NCBI GenBank assembly: GCA_965247095.1
Contig: OZ251997.1
Span: forward strand, 2,752,001 to 2,816,000
Source: Candidatus Multivorans sp.
Lineage (GTDB): Bacteria > Acidobacteriota > Thermoanaerobaculia > Multivoradales > Multivoraceae
DNA: 64,000 nucleotides
Direction of reading: 5' to 3'
Part shown: positions 57,681 to 64,000 of the stretch, piece after piece
Position numbering within the stretch: position 1 is the stretch's first letter
Layout: the number at the start of each line of letters is the position of its first letter
Notes under the pieces: generated by a model
The model's input: only the letters and a program-made list of their open reading frames with translations
The model's database searches: none
Told to the model about the DNA's origin: nothing
Program-made: the position numbers and the translations under genes

Positions 57681-58490
57681 CTAGCGCCCCGTGAACACCG
57701 GCTCGCGCCTCTCGGCGAAGGAGCGCACGCCCTCCTCGCCGTCCTCGCTGGCCTCGCAGACGCTCTGGGCGAAGGCTTCGTAGGCGGTGAGGCTCTCCAT
57801 GCTGTCGCCTTCGAACGTGCGATAGGCAATCTTCTTCATGAACTCGATCGCGAGGGAAGGACCGGCGGCGATGTTGGCGGCGATCTTCCGGCAGGTCGGC
57901 ATCAGCTCGTCGTGGGGAACAACCCGGTTCGCCAGACCGAGTTCGACCGCCTGCCGCGCATCGATGATCTCGCCCGAGTACATGAACTCGAGCGCCGGCC
58001 CTAACCCCATGATCTTGACCAGCATGTAGACGCCGCCGTTGTCGGGGACCCGGCCGCGCTTGACGAAGAGGGCGCCGAACTTCGCGCGTTCCGAGGCGAT
58101 CCGAAAATCCGCCATGAGCCCTGCCGAGAAGGCGCCGCCCAGCATGTGCCCGTTGACCGCGGCGATGATCGGCTTGCGACAGCGCCAGAGGGCGAACTGC
58201 AGACGCCCGCCGAGAGACAGCGGCAGCAGTCGCGTGCCGCGGGGGAACTCGGGGCCGTAGGGCGCCACGCCCGCGAGCTTGGGGTCGGAGAAGTCGCGCC
58301 CCGACGACCAGCCCCTGCCGGCGCCGGTCCAGATGGCGCACTTGATGTCGTCGTCGCGCTCGATTTCCTCGAAGGCGGCGATCAGGGAGTCCATCATGTC
58401 CATCGACTGGGCGTTGAGCTTCTCCGGCCGATTCATGGTCAGAGTGACCACTCCACCGTCGCGCTCCCAAGTCACATCCTTGAGATCCAT
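57681..58490 (-). CDS. enoyl-CoA hydratase/isomerase (crotonase superfamily)
   Basis: LTMNRPEKLNA, KPIIAAVNG, GLANRVVP, EEGVRSFAERREPVF. Confidence 0.88.
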   Translation of the reverse strand: MDLKDVTWERDGGVVTLTMNRPEKLNAQSMDMMDSLIAAFEEIERDDDIKCAIWTGAGRGWSSGRDFSDPKLAGVAPYGPEFPRGTRLLPLSLGGRLQFALWRCRKPIIAAVNGHMLGGAFSAGLMADFRIASERAKFGALFVKRGRVPDNGGVYMLVKIMGLGPALEFMYSGEIIDARQAVELGLANRVVPHDELMPTCRKIAANIAAGPSLAIEFMKKIAYRTFEGDSMESLTAYEAFAQSVCEASEDGEEGVRSFAERREPVFTGR

Positions 58491-58537
58491 GGACGCTCCT
58501 TTCCCGCCGCTCCGCGGCGTGTCTATCCGCCGGCCGT

Positions 58538-61324
58538 CTACTCGAACTGAACCCAGATCGGCGAACTCCAGGCCATCTGGCCGTCTTCCTGAATCAAGCG
58601 AACATAGTAGTAGTTCAGTCCCGGCGCCGGCGACAGATCCGCATAGCGCAGATCGATCTCGGCGCCGGTGGGAGCACTCTGGTAGATCGAGGTTCCGTTG
58701 CGCAGGATCTCGACGGTCGAGAAGGGTCTGGTGCCTACCGCGACGATCCTCATCTCCGGCAGTTCGTCCGTGCCGCTCAACTCAGCGCCCATGAAGTGCT
58801 CACCCATCCAGAACTCGAGCACGATGTTGTCGGTGGCGCCGTACGTCCGTCGCTGGCGCATCGCCTCGAGGACGGCATGGCGCGAGCGCTCCGGCACGAA
58901 GACCATGGCGTAGGAGATATGGGTCGACAGGTGGTCCGAACTGGCGATGACGCCGAGGCGGTAGCCCTTCTCCCAGGCATTCGAGACGAAGCCCTCGTCG
59001 TGCGGCCGCGTGAGCTCCGACTGCGCCTGCGACGCGCGGTCGGTCAACGGCGCGCCCGGGGCCTCGTAGCTGTGACGATCGCCCTGGTAGATCTCGACCA
59101 GGGGTTCGATTTCGGGATCGTTGTCGCGCCAGTCGGTGCCCATCGTCGTAGCGCTGGTGTGGGGGATGGTGATGCCGCCGGTGCGCCGCACCTCTTCGTA
59201 GAGCATCTTCGTGTCGTCGTCCTGAACGATTCCGGCGCCGTTGTGGTAGCGGATGTTCGGATACTCGACGTAGCCCGTCTTCTGGAAGAAGGGCACCGGC
59301 ATGTGGCCGCGCTCGGCGTGGAGGATGTTGCGGTGCCCCATGGGGAAGTTGATCGAGCGCTCGTAGCCGAAGAGTGCTATGTAACTCTGCGGGGCGTGGA
59401 AGAGATCGGCCAGTTTCTCTTCCAGCCACCACCAGTACTCGAGTTCGCCGCCGTACTGGTGGTCGCTGATGAGCCCGAAGTCCATCGCCGCGGCGTCGAT
59501 CATGTAGCGGTAGAAGTCGAGCACGGAGCCATCCGGAACGCCGCGCAGATCGAGTGACATCTCGGTGTGGCGATGGGTGTCGCCGCGCAGGATCCGCAGG
59601 TCCTCGCCGTCGACTCGAGTCCTCCACCCGCGGATACGCTCGATGTCCTCGGCCTCTCGCTCGTGGCCGGCGGCGCGCTGCGGGAAGGGCGGTGGCCGCG
59701 GGGCCTCAGTCTTGAGCCCGGGCGCGGTCGCCGGCGCCCACCTCGCCGCGTAGACGTTCTCGACCACGGTCTCTTCGGGCAACGTGAGAATGGCCGAGAA
59801 GGTGGGGAAGTTGTCGCGCGGCCAGCCGAGCCACAGGCCGCCGCCCGCCGAGGGCGTCGCCGAGGCCGACATCGACAGGCGGCCGATGCTCCACGGCACG
59901 GCGGCGGGAGCGCTCCAACCGTTCGCGGCCATCGTGGTGACGTAGAGCCTCCAGTACTGGGCGTAGGCGCCGGAGCTCTCCATCGCCCGCACCAGAAGAC
60001 TGACCCGGCCCCGATCGTCGACGGCCAGCTCCGGGCCGCTGAGGGAAGGGTTCGGCGTCTTCGTGTAGTGCAGGCGCCGGCGAGCCGGGAAGAGCGTCCC
60101 GAGTTCGGGAGCGGCGGCGGTGAGCTCGTCGCCATCGAAAACGCGGACCGCCACCGTGCGCTCGCGGTTGAGCATCGAGCCCGGCTGACGCTCCTGGTCG
60201 ATCAGAAGTCCCTGGTCCTTGCCCCAGCCGGCCTCGCCGACCTCGTAGGCGATCCAGACCCGGTCGGCGCCATCGACGGCGACGCTGGGCCTGGCCTCGA
60301 AGAACGGCGTCGCCGCGATCGTCTGCACCGGTCCCAGGCGGTCGCGCTGGAGGCGGCGGAGGAAGACGTCGTAGTCGCCGCGGTCGTAGCTGTCCCAGGC
60401 GATCCAGGCGGCGCCCTCCGAGTCGAGAGCCAGGGCGGGCGTCCAGTCGTTGCGTGGGCTCTCGGATATCCGTCGCTCCGCTGACCACGAAGTACCGTCG
60501 TAGCTCATGTAGAGGATGTCGGCCTGTCCCTCACGGGTTCCCTGCCAGACCAGATGCAGCGAGCCATCCCGGCCGCGCGCCAGGCGGTGGTTGAAGTCGC
60601 TTCCAGGGGCCGAAGTCAGACGCTCCAGACGGCCCCAGTGCTCGCCGTCGAACCAGCGCCCGTAGAGGTCGAAGTTCGGCTCGTCTTCGAACAACCGCTC
60701 CGGCTGCGCCCACACGACCCACAGCCGTTTGTGACTGTCCAAGGCCAGGCTGGGACGCCAGACGTCGCCGGTGACGCCGGGAACCGGATTCCATGGTCCC
60801 CACACACCGGTGGCCGGGTCGCGGCGGGCGAGGTGAAGCCGGTCGCGCCGTCCAGAGTAGCTGGTCCACACCATCCAGACGTCGTCGCGGTCGTCCGGGT
60901 CGGAGAGGATGAAGGGGTAGTCGTCGTTGCGAAAGTCGCCGGACAGACGGATCGGATCGTGGAACCTGGCGTCGACCGGTGGCTCGGGGTCGGTCTGCCG
61001 GGGATGGAGCAGAGGCCCGACCCAGGAGGGCAGGGTCGGATCGACGTGGTTGAGTTCGTGCCATGCAGGTGCATCGCTGCGCACTCTGCCCGGCGCCATG
61101 GGGTGGGCTGCCGACCCCGGGTTCCGCCCCGGCGCGTCGAAGTGCCTGTCTTCCGGGCTCTGTTCCGAACGCAGAGGCGGAAACACCCGTGGCTCGGGCG
61201 CCGGAGCATGGTCGCTGGAAAGCAGGGGCCGCACCGTTTCCTGAACTTGCGCCGGGCTCCAGACCAGGACTGTCGCCAGCACGATCGCCGAGATGAACCC
61301 GGACCAGCGAAGGCGCTTCTTCAT
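58538..61324 (-). CDS. exported protein: N-terminal repeat (beta-propeller-like) domain fused to a C-terminal PHP-fold (DUF3604-like) metallohydrolase
   Basis: Signal peptide MKKRLRW...; repeats P.LA.D..G..WV.W; then RGDTHRHT, MDFGLISDH, GYER, GHRN, IPH, VEIYQG, ASSDH, YYYVRLIQEDGQMAWSSPIW. Confidence 0.75.
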   Translation of the reverse strand: MKKRLRWSGFISAIVLATVLVWSPAQVQETVRPLLSSDHAPAPEPRVFPPLRSEQSPEDRHFDAPGRNPGSAAHPMAPGRVRSDAPAWHELNHVDPTLPSWVGPLLHPRQTDPEPPVDARFHDPIRLSGDFRNDDYPFILSDPDDRDDVWMVWTSYSGRRDRLHLARRDPATGVWGPWNPVPGVTGDVWRPSLALDSHKRLWVVWAQPERLFEDEPNFDLYGRWFDGEHWGRLERLTSAPGSDFNHRLARGRDGSLHLVWQGTREGQADILYMSYDGTSWSAERRISESPRNDWTPALALDSEGAAWIAWDSYDRGDYDVFLRRLQRDRLGPVQTIAATPFFEARPSVAVDGADRVWIAYEVGEAGWGKDQGLLIDQERQPGSMLNRERTVAVRVFDGDELTAAAPELGTLFPARRRLHYTKTPNPSLSGPELAVDDRGRVSLLVRAMESSGAYAQYWRLYVTTMAANGWSAPAAVPWSIGRLSMSASATPSAGGGLWLGWPRDNFPTFSAILTLPEETVVENVYAARWAPATAPGLKTEAPRPPPFPQRAAGHEREAEDIERIRGWRTRVDGEDLRILRGDTHRHTEMSLDLRGVPDGSVLDFYRYMIDAAAMDFGLISDHQYGGELEYWWWLEEKLADLFHAPQSYIALFGYERSINFPMGHRNILHAERGHMPVPFFQKTGYVEYPNIRYHNGAGIVQDDDTKMLYEEVRRTGGITIPHTSATTMGTDWRDNDPEIEPLVEIYQGDRHSYEAPGAPLTDRASQAQSELTRPHDEGFVSNAWEKGYRLGVIASSDHLSTHISYAMVFVPERSRHAVLEAMRQRRTYGATDNIVLEFWMGEHFMGAELSGTDELPEMRIVAVGTRPFSTVEILRNGTSIYQSAPTGAEIDLRYADLSPAPGLNYYYVRLIQEDGQMAWSSPIWVQFE

Positions 61325-61452
61325 GGATGGCCCTCCTCCTGCTGCTGCGCGCCGGCTTGCGTGCCGCCGCCGCCGACTCTCTATCTCTACCATGGCCCAG
61401 TGTAGGTGAGAATGGGCCGGGCGATCGTCGATCAGCACGGAGGTCCATCGAG

Positions 61453-62961
61453 TTGAACGCAGCCAATCTGGCCCTGGAGAACATCGAGCAGTTCGGCGAA
61501 TACCCGATCCTCCATTGGCGCGGCGAGATCATCTCGAACGTCGAACTGGACATGCGGGCGCGCAGGCTGGCGAGGGTGCTGCGGGATCGCGGTGTCATGG
61601 CCGGTGATCGCGTTGCCGTGGTGATGCCCAACGGCCCCGAGGTCTTCGAGGCATTCCAGGCGGTGTGGAAGATCGGCGCCGTCATCCTCCCGATCAGGCC
61701 TCAGCTCACGGTCCCTGAGATTGAGCACATGCTGAGGGACTCCAGGGCCCGGGCAGTGATCACCGCCGGCGAACTCGTGCCGCTGATCCGCCGGGCCTGC
61801 CCCGAACTGCAGTTGCTCCTCGCGGCCGACGGTCCGGCTGGGGACGAGGCGGTCGACCTGTCTCTGGAGATGGCCGGCGCCGAGCCCCTGGTGGAGATGA
61901 CCGACCGGGCAGGGGACGATCTGGCGCTGCTGCTCTACACCTCCGGCACCACCGGCAAGCCGAAGGGCGTGATGCTGACGCATGAGAGCGTCGTCTCCAT
62001 TCCGCACCCGAGGATGGTCGACCTGCCGCCCTTCATGCCGACCCTGCACGTACTCCCGCTGTCTCATTCGTTCGGGGTTCTGATGATGAATCTGGGCTTC
62101 ATCAAGGGCATGCAGGCGGGCCTTCTTGTGCACTGGGATACTCGCGGCGTCTTCGAGGCAATTCAGGACTTGCGGGTGGTTCGTTTCTCCATGGTCCCCA
62201 CGATGCTGACCTACATGCTGGAGTTCCCGGAACGGGACCGCTTCGACACCTCGAGCCTGGAGGGCGTGTGGACCGGCGGCGCCCCGCTTCCGGACCCGGT
62301 GCGCCGCGAGTTCGAGCAGGTTTTCTCGTGCCGTGTGCGGGACGGCTACGGCATGACCGAGTCGGGAGGGGCAGGCGCCGCCTACTACGATCAGGATGCG
62401 TTTCGGCCCGGCTCCGTCGGCCGCGCGCAGCCCACCATGTCGATTCGCGTGGTCGACGACAGCGGCGCCGACGTGCCCGCCGGCGTGCGCGGCGAGATCC
62501 TGATGTCCGGGCCGACGCTGATGGCGGGTTACTGGCGCAACCGGAAAGCGACGGACGAGACCCTGGTCGACGGGTCGCTCTACTCGGGAGACATCGGCTA
62601 TCTGGACGAAGACGGCTACCTCTACCTCACCGACCGCAAGAAGGACCTGATCATCAAGGGCGGCGAGAACATCTCGCCGCGCGAGATCGAGGAAGCGCTC
62701 TACCAACACCAGGCCGTCGGCGAAGCGGTCGTCTTCGGCGTACCGGATCCACGGTTCGGCGAGAACATCTGGGCGGCGGTGGCGCTCAGCGGCGACAGCC
62801 AGGCGAGCGAGCAGGATCTCCTGCGGCACCTGGCGAGCTACGTCACCCGCTTCAAGGTTCCGGCACGACTCTTCGTGCTGGACGAGATTCCGAAGAACGC
62901 CACGGGCAAGCTTCAGAAGCGCGCCGTGCGCGACCTTCTTCTGGGAGCAGACGGCGCCTAG
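61453..62961 (+). CDS. long-chain-fatty-acid--CoA ligase-like
   Basis: GGAGG RBS then TTG; YTSGTTGKPKG, GYGMTE, SGDIGYLDEDG, DRKKDLIIKGGENISP, TGKLQK. Confidence 0.9.
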   Translation: MNAANLALENIEQFGEYPILHWRGEIISNVELDMRARRLARVLRDRGVMAGDRVAVVMPNGPEVFEAFQAVWKIGAVILPIRPQLTVPEIEHMLRDSRARAVITAGELVPLIRRACPELQLLLAADGPAGDEAVDLSLEMAGAEPLVEMTDRAGDDLALLLYTSGTTGKPKGVMLTHESVVSIPHPRMVDLPPFMPTLHVLPLSHSFGVLMMNLGFIKGMQAGLLVHWDTRGVFEAIQDLRVVRFSMVPTMLTYMLEFPERDRFDTSSLEGVWTGGAPLPDPVRREFEQVFSCRVRDGYGMTESGGAGAAYYDQDAFRPGSVGRAQPTMSIRVVDDSGADVPAGVRGEILMSGPTLMAGYWRNRKATDETLVDGSLYSGDIGYLDEDGYLYLTDRKKDLIIKGGENISPREIEEALYQHQAVGEAVVFGVPDPRFGENIWAAVALSGDSQASEQDLLRHLASYVTRFKVPARLFVLDEIPKNATGKLQKRAVRDLLLGADGA

Positions 62962-63008
62962 CTGCCTGCGCGCATCCCGTCCAGCAGCGTCCGCGAAGGA
63001 GCGAGGGG

Positions 63009-63052
63009 TGTTGACAACGTCAACACGAGTGTGTATGTTGACGCCGTCAACA
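63009..63052 (+). promoter_or_regulatory. two 17-bp palindromic operators TGTTGAC-N3-GTCAACA overlapping a sigma70 promoter
   Basis: tgttgacaacgtcaaca (63009-63025) and tgttgacgccgtcaaca (63036-63052); TTGACA at 63011, 17-bp spacer, TATGTT at 63034. Confidence 0.8.
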
Positions 63053-63076
63053 ACCTTTGGAGCAAGGAGAAGCACC

Positions 63077-64000
63077 ATGACGAAGCGACAGACGACCCGC
63101 GGCCGGAGGCGCCATCCATCGAGCCGGATCGCCATGCTCGCTGTTCGAGTGTGTCTGTCGGGATGCATGATGCCGGCCGCCATGCACTCCGGTTCCGAGC
63201 CGGCCGCGGCGTACGCGTTCGAGCGCTACGAAGTCGCTATCGGCGCCGCGGAACGCCAGACGGTGCTGACGGGGTTCCTTGTGGGAGATTCGGTGGCGGA
63301 CCTCGCGGTCGTGCATATCGATGAGAACGACGACCGGCGCTTGCGCATTCTCGCGTTCACGGACGGGGACTGGACGCCGGAAGTCGAAACCACGCTGCGC
63401 CCCGAGGCCTCCTTCGTCGACGTGGCCAACATCGACGGCGGGGACCGGCTGGTCATCTACGGCGACGGCCGCCTGACCTGGTTCGATCCCGAGACCGGAA
63501 CGGAACGCGAACTCGCGGCGGTGACCTCCGACTTCAGTCCGCCTCCGCGGGGCGAAGTTCTCCACGTGGACATCACGCGTGACCTGAACGGCGATGGCCG
63601 CGACGACCTGGTCGTGCCGCGCGGCCACGGCTTCCAGGTGCTGGTCCAGATGAGCGGCGGCGCGTTCGCCGAGCCCGTGGCGGTCGGGCCGTCGACCGGG
63701 CTTGACCGGGCCTACGGCGCCGACGGCTACCGGTACCGGCCTTGGGAGGAGGGCGGCCGCGTCCACGAGATGGACTACGACCTGGACGGACGCAGCGACC
63801 TGGTGTTCTGGAATGACGACCACTTCGTGGTCCATCTCCAGGACGAGCGCGGTCTATTCGCCGCGGAGGCCAGCACGACCTTCACCACCGACGTCGCGTT
63901 CGACTCGGACGAGCTCCGCTCGCTCGCGGCGCCGCAGGAGGTTCGCCGCCGGCGTATTGACGACAGCCTGACCGGAAGCCCGACAGGGAGGGTGCTGCAT
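63077..64000 (+). CDS. FG-GAP/VCBS repeat protein, runs off the window end
   Basis: AAGGAG RBS; ATG 63077; DLNGDGRDDLVV and DYDLDGRSDLVF repeats. Not in the ORF track (no stop in window). Confidence 0.8.
   Translation, partial: MTKRQTTRGRRRHPSSRIAMLAVRVCLSGCMMPAAMHSGSEPAAAYAFERYEVAIGAAERQTVLTGFLVGDSVADLAVVHIDENDDRRLRILAFTDGDWTPEVETTLRPEASFVDVANIDGGDRLVIYGDGRLTWFDPETGTERELAAVTSDFSPPPRGEVLHVDITRDLNGDGRDDLVVPRGHGFQVLVQMSGGAFAEPVAVGPSTGLDRAYGADGYRYRPWEEGGRVHEMDYDLDGRSDLVFWNDDHFVVHLQDERGLFAAEASTTFTTDVAFDSDELRSLAAPQEVRRRRIDDSLTGSPTGRVLH

Noticed and set aside
1-64000. tRNA, rRNA, riboswitch, integrase or transposase genes
   Set aside because: None recognised by eye; a covariance-model search would be needed to exclude small RNAs.

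Overview
High-GC bacterial DNA. The gene repertoire (Oar-type TonB receptor, wHTH-TPR regulator, ECF/anti-sigma/PDZ operon, DUF3604 proteins) suggests an Acidobacteria-like organism, but this is inference only. The left third (1-19.3 kb) is mixed housekeeping: partial glyQS, an ECF sigma operon, a sigma54 activator with a TorF-type porin behind a near-consensus -24/-12 promoter, a deoxyhypusine-synthase-like gene, msrA, a GST, rarA, a DUF3604 protein and a serine hydrolase, plus a dispersed palindromic repeat family. At 19.4-21.9 kb is a small decayed defence islet (PemI/PemK-type TA, MNT-HEPN TA, a DUF4238 remnant, a type III restriction Res fragment). At 22-27.4 kb are two PQQ dehydrogenases and a Tat-exported enolase-superfamily dehydratase. 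The region 27.5-63 kb is a large catabolic island with CoA ligases, ACAD, MaoC/MFE-2 hydratases, SDRs, an SCP2-type thiolase with an HMGS-DUF35 fusion, a spinster-like MFS, two sulfatases, a TonB receptor and four exported PHP-fold (DUF3604-like) metallohydrolases. The ORF track misses one gene: an iodothyronine-deiodinase-like protein with an in-frame UGA (GSYT-U-PPF) followed by a SECIS-like hairpin, most likely a selenoprotein. All product calls come from motif recognition; no database searches were run.
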